Below are positions 12,395 to 26,600 of a stretch of DNA of 64,000 bases, piece by piece. A program made the translations under genes and the position numbers. The stretch comes from Macrostomum hystrix (taxonomy: Eukaryota; Animalia; Platyhelminthes), in contig CATNEN010000038.1 in the NCBI GenBank assembly GCA_950097015.1, positions 3,658,001 to 3,722,000 of the forward strand, read 5' to 3'. The notes beneath the pieces are model-generated. The model had not been told where the DNA came from. It ran no database searches and saw only the letters and a program-made list of their open reading frames with translations. Numbering within the stretch: position 1 is the first letter of the stretch; each line of letters opens with the position of its first letter.

Positions 12395-13860
12395 TCCCCA
12401 TGTCTTACCTCCCCATGTCTTACCTCCCCATGTCTTATCTCCCCATGTCTTACTTCCCCATGTCTTACCTCCCCATGTCTTACCTCTCCATGTCTTACCT
12501 CCCCATGTCTTATCGTCCCATGTCTTATAACCCCATGTCTTACCTCCCAATGTCTTACCTCCCCATGTCTTACCTCCCCATGTCTTATCGTCCCATGTCT
12601 TACCTCCCCATGTCTTACCTCCCCATGTCTTACCTCCCCATGTCTTACCTCCCCATGTCTTACCTCCCCATGTCTTACCTCCCCATGTCTTACCTCCCCA
12701 TGTCTTACCTCCCCATGTCTTACCTCCCCATGTCTTACCTCCCCATGTCTTACCTCCCCATGTCTTATCGTCCCATGTCTTATAACCCCATGTCTTACCT
12801 CCCCATGTCTTACCTCCCCATGTCTTACCTCCCCATGTCTTATCGTCCCATGTCTTACCTCCCCATGTCTTACCTCCCCATGTCTTACCTCCCCATGTCT
12901 TACCTCCCCATGTCTTACCTCCCCATGTCTTACCTCCCCATGTCTTACCTCCCCATGTCTTACCTCCCCATGTCTTATCTCCCCATGTCTTACCTCCCCA
13001 TGTCTTACCTCCCCATGTCTTATCGTCCCATGTCTTATCGTCCCCATGTCTTACCTCCCCATGTCTTACCTCCCCATGTCTTACCTCCCCATGTCTTATC
13101 GTCCCATGTCTTACCTCCCCATGTCTTACCTCCCCATGTCTTACCTCCCCATGTCTTACCTCCCCATGTCTTACCTCCCCATGTCTTACCTCCCCATGTC
13201 TTATAACCCCATGTCTTATCGTCCCATGTCTTACCTCCCCATGTCTTACCTCCCCATGTCTTACCTCCCCATGTCTTACCTTCCCATGTCTTACCTCCCC
13301 ATGTCTTATAACCCCATGTCTTATCGTCCCATATCTTACCTCTCCATGTCTTACCTCCCCATGTCTTACCTCCCCATGTCTTACCTCCCCATGTCTTACC
13401 TCCCCATGTCTTACCTCCCCATGTCTTATCGTCCCATGTCTTACCTCCCCATGTCTTACCTCCCCATGTCTTACCTCCCCATGTCTTACCTCCCCATGTC
13501 TTACTTCCCCATGTCTTACCTCCCCATGTCTTACCTCCCCATGTCTTACCTCTCCATGTCTTATCGTCCCATGTCTTACCTCCCCATGTCTTACCTCCCC
13601 ATGTCTTACCTCCCCATGTCTTACCTCCCCATGTCTTATCTCCCCATGTCTTACCTCCCCATGTCTTACCTCCCCATGTCTTACCTCCCCATGTCTTATA
13701 ACCCCATGTCTTACCTCCCCATGTCTTACCTCCCCTTGTCTTACCTCCCCATGTCTTACCTCCCCATGTCTTACCTCCCCATGTCTTATAACCCATGTCT
13801 TACCTCCCCATGTCTTACCTCCCCTTGTCTTACCTCCCCATGTCTTACCTCCCCATGTCC
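12395..13860. repeat. 15-bp minisatellite (CCCCATGTCTTACCT)n
   Basis: Direct tandem repeat, followed by the same flank as 4310-5480. Confidence 0.97.
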
Positions 13861-14687
13861 TATCTCTGCCATGTTATCGAGTTTCTGTGACTTTACTAAC
13901 TCTAGTCTCTCTGATTATGAGCTAGAAAATGAGAGTAATTTGAATGATTTTACTCTCTAAAATAATTAAGCAAAAACATTTGACAAGGTGACAAGCGGCT
14001 CGTGTGTATATTTGAGTAAAAGATCTCACTAAATAATAAAAAACTACAGTTGTGTGTTTTTCAGCTGTTAAATAAACGAAACAACTAAAGCGCCCAGCAT
14101 GAAGGCATTGCACAACAAGCAATTAATACGCGAATTAAAATGGATGCCTATATATTATAGCAATGAGAAATTCATAAAACTCATAATTAATCACAAGAGC
14201 ACAAGTGATTTATCTTCAATTTTTTTTAATTGGAGTTTAGAAATCAGAAAATATTATTATGAACAAACATTTTCGCACAAAACAGTTAGTTGATTGCAAA
14301 AAACACTTAGAATAAATGTGAAACTACTTTTAGTAGACAAGTATGCGATTGTGATGATTAAAAAAGTGCAAACAAAATTGCCGTTGGTTGACAAAAATGA
14401 AGCTGTATTTACAAAACTATTATAGCAGCATTTATTTTAAGTGCATTGAAAATTGGCATGCGATTGCATAGCAAAACAGATTCAGCATGGCTGTTCAGAA
14501 ATGTGTGTGTGGCGTTAGGACAATGACTCGAAAAAAATTACTTTTCTTACAAAACTAAAAAAATGTTAATTTTTCACCAAAAGATAGTAGATAATTAAGA
14601 ATTAGCAGCATTCATAAAGTAAAAAAGGTTAAAAAAGACGAAATATCATTGTTAAGTTAGAATTATTGTTAAAAAAGTCCACACAAC

Positions 14688-14997
14688 TTAATAATAGACG
14701 GGCCGGTCTCGGGTGTTGCAACCGTCTGGAATTTCTTCGTAAACTGGATAGAAACTGCCCGTGCCAACTTGCTGCTGATGCTGCTGCTGATGCTGTTGCT
14801 GATACTGCTGCTGATGCTGCTTATGATGCTGCTGATGCTGTTGCTGATGCTGCTGCTGATGCTGTTGCTGATACTGTTGCTGATGCTGTTGCGACGGCAG
14901 CGGCTGCAGCAGCCTTGACTGGCACGAGGGACTGCTGGTGCCGTTGCCATAGACACCGACACCCGCTGGCTGCTGCTGCTGCTGCATTGCTTGAACC
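14688..14997 (-). pseudogene. Second, 5'-truncated copy of the polyQ terminal exon
   Basis: VQAMQQQQQPAGVGVYGNG...YPVYEEIPDGCNTRDRPVYY*. Homology to the first copy stops at CTTGAACC, where a CT-rich repeat begins. Confidence 0.6.
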
Positions 14998-15216
14998 CTC
15001 CTCTCCGTCTTCCCTCCCCCCTCTCCGTCTTCCCTTCCCCCACTCTGTCTTCCCTTCCCCCTCTCTGTCTTCCCTTCCCCCTCTCCGTCTTCCCTTCCCC
15101 CTCTCCGTCTTCCCTTCCCTCTCTCCGTCTTCCCTCCCCCCTCTCTGTCTTCCCTTCCCCTCTCTCTGTCTGCCCTCACTACCGTCTGTCTTCTCTCTCC
15201 CCCTCTCCGTCTTCCC
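14997..15216. repeat. CT-rich ~20-bp tandem repeat (CTCTCCGTCTTCCCTTCCCC)
   Basis: Direct tandem repeat. Confidence 0.9.
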
Positions 15217-17073
15217 ACTTCAACACAAAATGTACTTTCTCAATCCTCTATGGCAGCAAGTCCAGCATCATCGGTCATTGTTGGCTCAGTTTCCACCGCT
15301 ACTTCCTGACTGTCCTCGCCCCAGCCATCGTCAGCCAGCTCCTCGAAGTCGCCTCGCCAGGACGCGTCCCGCAGTGGCCAGGGTCTGCGGCCAAGAAACA
15401 GACAGCCGCCAGTTTTCGGCCTCTTAAAATGACTGTAGAAGTTCTCAGAGAAGCGTTGCAGCCGATCTGGCAGCTCAGGTGGCGCACTTTTCGGCGAAGA
15501 CGCCGATGTCACCGCCGACTGAATCTGGCGACGATTCAATTCACGTGCAATGACCGCCGCAGACGCGGAAGGCGATGGTGGTTGCAGCGGCGTCGAATGC
15601 CGCATCGATGGAAGCGGCAGCCTCGGCGGCTGTCATTACCTTCAACTCCGGAGCCGATGAATCTTCCTGATCTTCGCCTGAAGCCGGAGCTCAACGCACT
15701 GTTCACTGGTCTGGGAGGGGCCGTAGCGGTCGAGTTCGGCCAGTCAGGCGACGCTTTTTTCGACGACCAGCGGCTTCCTCCGTTGCTGCTGTAAATGGAT
15801 GCCTTTGATTCACCCCGCAGCTGCCAGAGCTGGTGTCGCCAGAGACAGCCAGCTGGCTGATTAGACAGTCCAGTCTGGCCAATCGCTGCCGATTGCGCAT
15901 GCACAACGGACAGTCCTCGCATTTGTCGGATTGTTTGGCGGTGGTCAGCTGACTAGGCGGCGGAGGCGGCCGGGGCCGCGCCAGCAGGCAGTAGCTGGCT
16001 TTCAAAGGACTCGGCGCTGATGGCAGAGCAGCTGTTGCCGGTCTTGTTGTCGATGTTAGTCGAACAAACTGCGCGTGTTCGCTGTCAGATCGACGCTACG
16101 TAGATCTCCCCGATGCCAGTGGCTGCGGCTGCTGATGACCTTGTCGATCCAGGCCGACGCCGGACAGGCGGATGGCATCGAGATCGGCGTCTAGGCAGGC
16201 TCGAGCGCGGGCTTGACGATGGATTTCGGCGCCGATGGCTCGCCCGACGCCTGCATTCCCAACTGGGGACTTCCCTCTCCCCAGTCCCCAGTTGGGACTG
16301 CTGGCTGCTGAAGTGTCTGCGGCTGCAGAGCTGGCACCACCCGGCGGACTGCAATAAAAGTCACGGATCTGCGCAGTCGATAGTCTCCATCCGGCTTTGC
16401 GGACTCTTCGCAATCTGGACGCCGGGCATTGCGCAGAATTCCGCCGTTTGGGCCACCGAAGCCTCTGCCGTCGCTGCCGCTGATGCGGCTGCAACCGGCT
16501 AAGATTTAATTAAGGCTTCCTCTGCCTCGGAGGCAGTGTGAGGCGTCCAATGAGACGTAGTGTGTGCGCACAGGTTTCTCGCTGCTGTCAGCCAAACGCC
16601 GAGTTGAGTTCGCTTCGGCTCGAGAACCCGCAGCTCAGTCAGCACTGTTGGCACTCTGCTTTGGGCGGCAATCATTCCTGACTATGGAGCTGGAGAGCAA
16701 TAGGCCTCTACTTTATAATCTCAAGCAGGGCACAGACGCGCAATCTCTCTCTGCTTTCTTCTTCTTAGGAAAAAAGCCTCCTTAGCTTGAGCCTCCTTTC
16801 ATTGTTGCAACTTTCGGGACGTCTGCAGACTGCAGCTGCACGGCACAATGACCGCCTATGGGGGTGCATAACACATAGCCCAGTACTGGTTGCCATGGTG
16901 ACGATGATACTGTGCGATGGCCACGATGGGATGGAAATTCATTCGATGAGTGGAACTGCCTGTACAGTGACATTCTGTGATTTGCATGTGATTTTGTGTT
17001 AACCCGGGTCTTAATTTATCCTGAATTTTATAGCTGAATTATAACTTATGACTGCAGCAGGAATATAGGAATA

Positions 17074-17290
17074 TGCGACAGAATGTGGGAAGATGAGACA
17101 GAATGTGGCAAGATGGGACAGAATATGGCAAGATGGGACAGAATGTGGGAAGATGGGACAGAATATGGCAAGATGGGACAGAATGTGGCAAGATGGGACA
17201 GAATATGGCAAGATGGGACAGAATGTGGGAAGATGGGACAGAATATGGCAAGATGGGACAGAATGTGGGAAGATGGAACAAGATGTGGGA
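17074..17290. repeat. Short copy of the 20-bp satellite
   Basis: Same unit and left flank as 10740-12370. Confidence 0.93.
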
Positions 17291-20200
17291 AAATGGGACT
17301 GGGTGAGAGAAATGGTATTGAACTTGGTGAAATGGTTAGGGAGTTTTGAAGCCAATGACCTGCCCTCATGAATGGTGGGAGATTAGGGACGAGCAATAGA
17401 GTCGATTGTCTATCTTCACGCGGGATGCCGCGGATAGGGGGAGGGGAGAAGGAAGGAGATGAGGAGGTTCAATGGATGCAGGGAGTGGTCCTATTGGCCT
17501 CAGTCTGGCCAGTCCCACTCGTCCCATAGGCCACAGGCATGACTGCCGTGCCTACCCCAAGCAGTGCTCGAAACCGGCGAAAAGTCTAACGGGGCGTCGG
17601 ATTGCCCGGAATCGGACAAGACAGGGCTAGGTAGCCTACTGTCGTCAGTAGTGCAGTACGCCACTGACTCCTAGCTTTGGTAGCGGTGGTCGAACTGGTC
17701 TAGGCTCTTGCCACAGAACTGCGGAAAGGCTATCGGCAAAGCGGATAGATGTTCTAGGGTAGCGCCACCACCCAATGCGCCTACGTTGCCACCGCAGACA
17801 TTTGGGAACTTGGGTCCCCGGAGTACACAGCTCCTAGTTTATCACGCAGATCTAGACAAGCCGAAAATAGGGCATTCTGCAACTTCCGTTTTAGACTGGG
17901 GTGAGAGCCCCAGAATGGATCGAGACACGCCTCAAAGGGGATTCCTGAATTCGCGCTACAGGGGTCTAGAAAGGTGGTACTAAGAACTCGAATGAGAATC
18001 CATAGCCGGAATCCTACTCATAGCACATCAGACACATTCCATACATTAGACTGCAGCCTACGCATTAAGTAACTAACAAACCGAATCTGTGTCAGTTGAG
18101 GAGATCAGAGGCTGGAGAGATTAAGCAGAACACTGGCTGAGTGATTACGCAAGCAGAAGATTATTAGATTATCACTCTCGCTCACGTGGCCGCAGTTGCG
18201 AGAGGAGGGGGACAGAAGGGAAGCTCCATTGGCAAGGGAGCTTGGCACGTACCCCTTGACCCACCAAGAAGAGAGGGAGACCCTGCCAAGGAATCCCCCA
18301 CCCCGGCAGAGATGCACATGCTATGCTCCGCATCTGCTCGCGAATCCCTAGCTCCTTATTTACTCTCGTGCGCGCTTACAGTTGTCTTCCTGCCGCAGCC
18401 TTCAACTCGGCCTCGCCAGAGCCCACCCCCTAGTGAATTATAGCCACTCATAACTGAGGGCTGTCTAAAGCAAATAAAAATAGAAGAGAACATTCAAGGC
18501 AAGGATTTAAATTGTGCTTCAAATTTGGCCTAAGATTAATAATGGCTAACGTTGGACTGTTTATTACGCCAAAAGAAACCCAATGCCCTTGCCCGCTATT
18601 ATGCCGCCTAGCTAGTAGGAAAGTCCCTTAAGAGTAACAATTAAAAACCGCTACGCGGGTTACTTAGCTGAAAATGCCGGTCGCGTGCTGCAGGCCCGTA
18701 GTTCTCGAGGAAGGGACAGGGCAAGATCAGTGAGGACAGAGGAGGGGAAAGCCAATTGTGAGCTGGCAGGGGCCAACGCACCAGTGGAGCTCTGAGGCTC
18801 AATTTGAGGGCTCACCTAAAGAGGTGGCTTGCACTGTTAGGGAATCAGGCGCAGGCAATGGGCCTGTGAGCGCTATGCTGAGCTTTGAGCTCGAGGGTCT
18901 AAGCCCTAAGTGGTAAAGGTGAGTCCGGAGGGTCCGAACGGAGTCGGAAAGGAGGTCCGGGCGGTCCAGGAGGTAGGTGGAAGGTCGGTGGGAAGGTCCT
19001 AGAGGGAGTAGCGCAGCGCGCTTGCTTAAATAGTCCTGCAGCTCGCCAACCCCGACATTCATCAAAATAACCCACATTCGCGCCAGCCTGTCATCGAGGA
19101 ATCGAAGCGGCGATGGCCACCCCGATTACCCAATGAACCGGCGGCGAGAAACGACAGATGCTCCTTTACGAGCAGCCGCCAGCAGTCGGCCAATAATTGT
19201 TACTCCGCCAGGACAATGGGAAGCGCAGGCGCCGACCTGCCTACAGTGACATTACATGTATCTAAAAGGAAAGGTCATATAATCGAGCTGGGCTCGGACT
19301 ACACTAAAGAAGTGGGGACATGAAGAATTATTGATCACTTGAGATGCCTGAGTGATTTCCGATATCTGATCGCGGTTTGGAGGGGAATTATGACCTAAAC
19401 TAGCTCATACAATAAAGTTATGGCCCGCGATCAGTCACTCCTACGGGGGTCTAGAACAGATCCAGGGAGAGGGGATTCGACGGCTACTTAATTCACCGCC
19501 GCCCCAAACCCGGCCCTAAGATTAATGATCTTACTTTTGTGGCCAGCTGCTGGCCAGTTGGGTCGCGATTATTGATTGCCTAAAATTTCGAATAATTCTG
19601 CTGGCTCACATCCCCACTCGATTCCCGTAGCACACTCCACATCATTGGGAAGATAAGACAGATTTCTCATCCATTCATCGTTTCGGCAAAACGGAGTATA
19701 TTGTTTAAGCTACTAAGAGTAGACTAAAGGTGCATGAAATCTTCATTAACACAAGACTGTAAAAGGTATAATTCCATTATTTTGTCCTAATCAAGCGCAA
19801 AAGTACAATTAAATGCTGATATACATCTGATACATGAGCATTACATGTTATTATAATAAATAATACAAGGATTATCGACAGTCTCCCAAATGGCTTGAAA
19901 AATGTGGTTGCCTTTGGCATACTTTTCTCGAGTTTATTGAAGGACGGAAGCGATAATGGAGACGCATTTAGCGCATTGAAACCAATTATATTAGATTTAT
20001 ATTGTTCTTTGCATTGTCATTCTTCCTCGCAGAAAGTTTCTGGGCTTCTGGGGCCCCAGAACACAGGGTCTCTGGTAGTGTGAGAGAAACAATTCAGACT
20101 ACTGACAACAGTAGAAAAGCAGACTTGGCTGCAAAACTCTCACATAACACTAAAAAAATATCGCCATAAAAATGGCAAGCTTAAAAGAGACTTCTGTGCA

Positions 20201-21214
20201 CACTGAGAGTGGTGGGAGAGGACTGCGTGGGGCTATGGCTGACTGACGAAGGCAAACAAGCCAGAAACCGGTCTCGGTCTGCCAGCGCGAGGTTCGTTCC
20301 CCACTTTTAGTGTGTTACGGGTAGGAAGCGGTGGCTCTCTAAACAATAGCTTTGAATGTTCTCAAACTCATAAAATTCATAACTCATTCTCAGACCAACT
20401 CAGTTATGGCTCTTGTCAGCTTTTCCGCTTTTCCGCTGACTGCTTTCTGTCTGCTTCTGTCCTCACCTGTGTCTGTTTCTCCCCTCACCTCTGCTGGAGG
20501 GAGGAGGTCGACATGCGGCCCTTGGCAACCGAGACCAACACGGGGACTGGAATGGACTGAGCGGAGACGAGAGTAGGGGAAGGCAGAGGCTGGATTGAGT
20601 CTGTCCAAAGCGATCTAACGCAACCAATGCTCAGCCAAACCTGCAGTCTATGAGCTTGTCTTGCATGCCAACCTGCCACTTATGCACATCTCAGCTATGC
20701 AAAGCAGATAAATGTGTTCTACTCGTATTTAAATCATCATCTTTACTCACAAGCGTTGCTAACAACAACAAAACTGCAGCTCACCCTGCTGGATGAAAAT
20801 ACTCATACAGAAACAGCAGACTTTGCATATTACGAGCTTCAAAAGGAAAGCATGCAAGATAAATTTACCATCTCAAAGTTAATAATTTGAATTAAAATAA
20901 AAAACACAAAGCAAATTCTTGCTGTAACATTGTTAAGAAGTGAGCATACTTGAGCATACATGTCGATTGGAAACTCGTGTTGAATATCGCATTTAAATTT
21001 GATAACAACAATATTCAAAGTGATCTAATTACGAGTATATATTTTTATTAACAACTCGATACATTTCTGAATATATTTAAGCTGTGCTCAACTCATTGCC
21101 TGCTTGAGAATGCTTTTTCGGGAGGTAATTCAAAGGCTCTCCTGAACCGCATCTGAGGAGGCTGGGGTGGCTGCAGCTGAGACTGCTCACAGTGTGCTCA
21201 GAATTGCTCAGAAT

Positions 21215-21668
21215 TCAGGATTGTGGAATCAGAGCCGTGGATTTAGGGCTGTGGATTCAGGGCTGTGGATTCAGGGCTGTGGATTCAGGGTTGTGGATTC
21301 AGGGCTGTGGATTCAGGGTTGTGGATTCAGGGCTGTGGATTCAGGGCTGTGGAGTCAGGGCTGTGGATTCAGGGCTGTGGATTCAGGGCGGTCGATTCAG
21401 GGCTGTGGATTCAGGGCTGTGGATTCAGGGCTGTGGATTCAGGGCTGTCGATTCAGGGCTGTGGATTCAGGGCTGTGGATTCAGGGCTGTGGATTCAGGG
21501 CTGTCGATTCAGGGCTGTGGATTCAGGCTGTGGATTCAGGCTGTGGATTCAGGGCTGTGGAGTCAGGGCTGTGGATTCAGGGCTGTGGATTCAGGGCCGT
21601 GGATTCAGGCTGTGGATTCAGGGCTGTGGATTCAGGGTTGTGGATTCAGGGCTGTGGATTCAGGGTTG
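21215..21668. repeat. 14-bp minisatellite (GGATTCAGGGCTGT)n
   Basis: Direct tandem repeat. Confidence 0.95.
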
Positions 21669-22404
21669 TAAAATTTATTGAGGATTGTTCCCCTCATCAT
21701 AGCACACACAGCATTCTTCAGCACTTAACAAGCTTTGGCTCAGGCAGGCAGTCTCCGACTGTTCTCAAACTCATAAAATCATGAACTCAGCAGCGGCCCA
21801 TTCATTCTTCTCAACCCATCTCAGCCTGCCTGTCTACTGCTAAGGCCGCAGTTTGAGAAGCTGTGAAGGCTCACTGTGCTCAGATAAACCCATCAGCACA
21901 ATGCCTCAGTCTGGGAGTGGGGTGGCTGCCCCTTAGTTACAGCCTCTCTGGATAATTGTGTTCAGACAGTACCGTGCTCAACTCGATGCTGAGCAGAATC
22001 TGGCCTGCTTCACATCGGCCGGTGACCCCCCCTCCAGCCCTTAAAGTCGAGCACTCACAGCAGGGAATAAAGAGGAGAGGAGAGGACAGAAGCGGAGAGA
22101 CTGCGGTTCAGCCTCATCGGAGCGGAGGGAGGTGGGTGAGTCCCACAGGCCCATTGTGTGGGAGAAGGCGGGCCCGAGATGCCTTTGCCTTCGCCTCGGT
22201 GCTCGGAGGGGCCATCAGGAGAGGCTGTGGAAATTGTACAGAAATCGCGAGCCCTGCTCAGAGCGGAGGGCGGAGGGAGGGAGGGATGTGAGTACGGCAG
22301 CTCAGCTTGGCCCTGCAGTTTGAACTGGCTTTTGCCGCACCCGCGGCCTCCCTAATTAACTGGCATTGTGCTCAGCTGCTGCTGTGCTCTACTCAATGTT
22401 ACCC

Positions 22405-23020
22405 TGCATCTCCGCTTCTCTGTCTGCATCTCCGCTTCTCTGTCTGCATCTCTGCTTCTCTGTCTGCATCTCCGCTTCTCTGTCTGCATCTCTGCTTCTC
22501 TGTCTGCATCTCCGCTTCTCTGTCTGCATCTCCGCTTCTCTGTCTGCATCTCCGCTTCTCTGTCTGCATCTCCGCTTCTCTGTCTGCATCTCCGCTTCTC
22601 TGTCTGCATCTCCGCTTCTCTGTCTGCATATCTGCTTGTCGGTCTGCATCTGCCATTCTCTCTGTCTCCATCTGCCATTATCTCTGTCTCCATCTGCCAT
22701 TCTCTCTGTCTTCATCTGCCATTCGCTGTCTCCATCTGCCATTATCTCTGTCTCCATCTGCCATTCTCTCTGTCTCCATCTGCCATTCTCTCTGTCTCCA
22801 TCTGCCATTCTCTCTGTCTCCATCTGCCATTCTCTCTGTCTCCATCTGCCATTCTCTCTGTCTCCATCTGCCATTCTCTCTGTCTCCAACTGCCATTCTC
22901 TCTGTCTCCATCTGCCATTCTCTCTGTCTCCATCTGCCATTCTCTCTGTCTCCATCTGCCATTCTCTCTGTCTCCATCTGCCATTCTCTGTCTCCATCTT
23001 CCATTCTCTCTGTCTCCATC
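22405..23020. repeat. Adjacent 20-bp (TCTGCATCTCCGCTTCTCTG) and 22-bp (TCTCCATCTGCCATTCTCTCTG) minisatellites
   Basis: Direct tandem repeats with a unit switch near 22640. Confidence 0.95.
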
Positions 23021-23667
23021 TGATATTTTATCTCTGTCTCTATCTCCCATTGGCTGCCTGTTTTGCTCAAACCCTCGGCCTGATATGAGTGCTCAACTCA
23101 CGGAAGATTCCCCGGTTTCTCCAATGGACTCTGTGGGGCTGGCGTGCTTGTTACTATGGCAACTGACTCAAAAATGACGGATCAGGTTTGATAGGCTACT
23201 CGATTGAGCACATATTCAAAGGCTGCATGGGGATTTGGGAACGAGGGCCAGGATCAGGTTTTGGGATGACGCTTCGATAATCCGGATTTGGATAGGGAAC
23301 TTTATTATTGTTTCGGGATCAGATTTTCAGCCTTTGGTGGCCGTCACTTTTTGAGGGATCAGGGTTGGTGATTAGGGTTGGGAATCAGTGTTTGGGATCA
23401 TGGTTAGGGATCTGGGTTGGGGAACAGACACAGTCTAACTCAAACATTTATCAATTCTTATAAATGACGATTTTTTCCATGACATTTGTGGGCTGAAATG
23501 CCCACTGTTTCTGTGGAAACAGAACCAGAGAAAGGCAGGTCCAAGATGTCTGGGTTTGAGGTCTGGATTTTGGGAAATATTTATATTCAAATACGAGATA
23601 ATAGGATTATGGAAATGATTTAGGAAAATATTTTAGTATTCCAGATGAGACTCAGCATCTAGGTTTG

Positions 23668-26600
23668 GGCCTGAAGTTCGATAGTCACTGGCCTGAAGTT
23701 CGATAGTCACTGGCGTGAGGAGGTACGACTGACTTACAAAGTACGAGCCTGAAGTTCGATGGTCACTGGCCTTAAATTGGTTGTCACATGCCTGAGGAGG
23801 TAGGACTCACTCACAAAGCACGAGCCTGAAGTTCGATGGTCGTGGGCCTGTAGTTCAATAGTCACTGGCCTGAAGTTCGATGGTCACTGGCCTGAAGTTC
23901 GATGGTCACTGGGCTGAAGTTCGATAGTCACTGGCCTGAAGTTCGATGTTCACTGGGCTGAAGTTCGATAGTCACTGGCGTGAGGAGGTAGGACTCATTC
24001 ATAGGAGGTAGGACTCATTCATGAAGTACAAGCCCGTATTTCGATGGTCACAGGCCTTTAGTTGGAAGGTCACTGGCCTGAGGCTGTATGACTCACTCAC
24101 AAAGCACGAGCCAGAAGTTCGATGGTCACTGGCCTGAAGTTCGATGGTCACTGGCCTGAAGTTCGATGGGTCAGTGGCCTGAAGTTCGATAGTCACTGGC
24201 CTGAGAAGGTAGGACTCATTCATAGGAGGTAGGACTCATTCATGAAGTACAAGCCCGTATTTCGATGGTCACAGGCCTTTAGTTGGAAGGTCCACTGGCC
24301 TGAGGCTGTATGACTCACTCAGAAAGCTCGAGCCTGAAGTTTTATGGTCACTGGCGTGAAGTTCGATAGTCACTGGCCTTAAGTTGGTAGGTCACTGGCC
24401 TGAAGTTCGATAGTCACTGGCCTGAAGTTCGATAGTCACAGGCCTGAGGAGGTAGGACTCATTCACAAAGCACGAGCCTGAAGTTCGATGGTCACTGGTC
24501 TGAAGTTAATTAGTCACTGGCCTGAAGTTCGATGGTCACTGGCCTGAAGTTCGATGTCACTTGCCTGAACTTAGATAGTCACTGACCTGAGGAGGTAGGA
24601 CTCATTCACTAAGCACAAGCCTGAAGTTCGATGGTCACTGGCCTGAAGTTCGATGGTCACTTGCGTGAAGTTTTGTTCGTCACTGGCCTGAGGAGGTGCG
24701 ACTCACTCACAAAGCACGAGCCTGAAGTTCGATGGTCACTGGCCTGAAGTTCGATGGTCACTTGCGTGAAGTTTTGTTCGTCACTGGCCTGAGGAGGTGC
24801 GACTCACTCACAAAGCACGAGCCTGAAGTTCGATGGTCACTGGCCTGAAGTTCGATGGTCACTTGCGTGAAGTTTTGTTCGTCACTGGCCTGAGAAGGTA
24901 GGACTCACTCACAAAGCACGAGCCAGAAGTTTTATGGTCACTGGCGTGAAGTTCGATAGTCACTGGCGTGAAGTTCGATGGTCAGTGGCCTGAAGTTAGA
25001 TGGTCACTTGCGTGAAGTTTTGTTCGTCACTCGCCTGAGGAGGTGCGACTCACTCACAAAGCACGAGCCTGAAGTTCGATGGTCACTGGCCTGAGAAGGT
25101 AGGACTCACTCACAAAGCACGAGCCTGAAGTTCGATAGTCACAGGCCTGAGAAGGTAGGACTCACTCACAAAGCACGAGCCTGAAGTTCGATAGTCACTG
25201 GCCTGAAGTTCGATAGTCAGTGGCCTGAAGTTAATTAGTCACTGGCCTGAAGTTCGATGGTCACTTGCCTGAAGTTCGATAGTCACGGGCCTGAGAAGGT
25301 AGGACTCACTCACAAAGCACGAGCCTGAAGTTCGATGGTCACTGGCCTGAAGTTAATTAGTCACTGGCCTGAAGTTCGATGTCACTGGCCTGAAAATGGA
25401 TAGTCACTGGCCTGAAGTTCGATAGTCACTGGCCTGAGGAGGTAGGACTCATTCACTAAGCACGAGCCTGAAGTTCGATGGTCACTGGCCTGAAGTTCGA
25501 TGGTCACTTGCGTGAAGTTTTGTTCGTCACTGGCCTGAGGAGGTGCGACTCACTCACAAAGCACGAGCCTGAAGTTCGATGGTCACTGGCCTGAAGTTCG
25601 ATGGTCACTTGCGTGAAGTTTTGTTCGTCACTGGCCTGAGAAGGTAGGACTCACTTACAAAGCACGAGCCAGAAGTTTTATGGTCACTGGCGTGAAGTTC
25701 GATAGTTACTGGCGTGAAGTTCGATGGTCAGTGGCCTGAAGTTAGATGGTCACTTGCGTGAAGTTTTGTTCGTCACTCGCCTGAGGAGGTGCGACTCACT
25801 CACAAAGCACGAGCCTGAAGTTCGATAGTCACTGGCCTGAAGTTCGATAGTCAGTGGCCTGAAGTTAATTAGTCACTGGCCTGAAGTTCGATGGTCACTT
25901 GCCTGAAGTTCGATAGTCACGGGCCTGAGAAGGTAGGACTCATTCACAAAGCACGAGCCTGAAGTTCGATGGTCACTGGCCTTAAGTTGGTAGGTCACTG
26001 GCCTAAATTCGATAGTCACTGGCATGAAGTTCGATAGTCACTGGCCTGAGGAGGTAGGACTCACTCACAAAGCACGAGCCTGAAGTTTTATGGTCACTGG
26101 CGTGAAGTTCGATAGTCACTGGCGTGAAGTTCGATGGTCAGTGGCCTGAAGTTAGATGGTCACTTGCGTGAAGTTTTGTTCGTCACTCGCCTGAGGAGGT
26201 GCGACTCACTCACAAAGCACGAGCCTGAAGTTCGATGGTCACTGGCCTTAAGTTGGTAGGTCACTGGCCTGAAGTTAATTAGTCACTGGCCTGAAGTTCG
26301 ATTGTCACAGGCCTGAGAAGGTAGGACTCACTCACAAAGCACGAGCCTGAAGTTCGATGGTCACTGGCCTGAAGTTCGAAAGTCAGTGGCCTGAAGTTAA
26401 TTAGTCACTGGCCTGAAGTTCGATGGTCACTGGCCTGAAGTTCGATAGTCACTGGCCTGAGAAGGTAGGACTCATTCACAAAGCACGAGCCTGAAGTTCG
26501 ATGGTCACTGGCCTTAAGTTGGTAGGTCACTGGCCTGAAGTTAATTAGTCACTGGCCTGAAGTTCGATAGTCACAGGCCTGAGAAGGTAGGACTCACTCA

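Noticed and set aside
5813-13960. Very long ORFs (975, 1029, 753 aa etc.)
   Set aside because: They are translations of 33-, 20- and 15-bp satellites, often open in several frames or strands, with no unique termini or domain.
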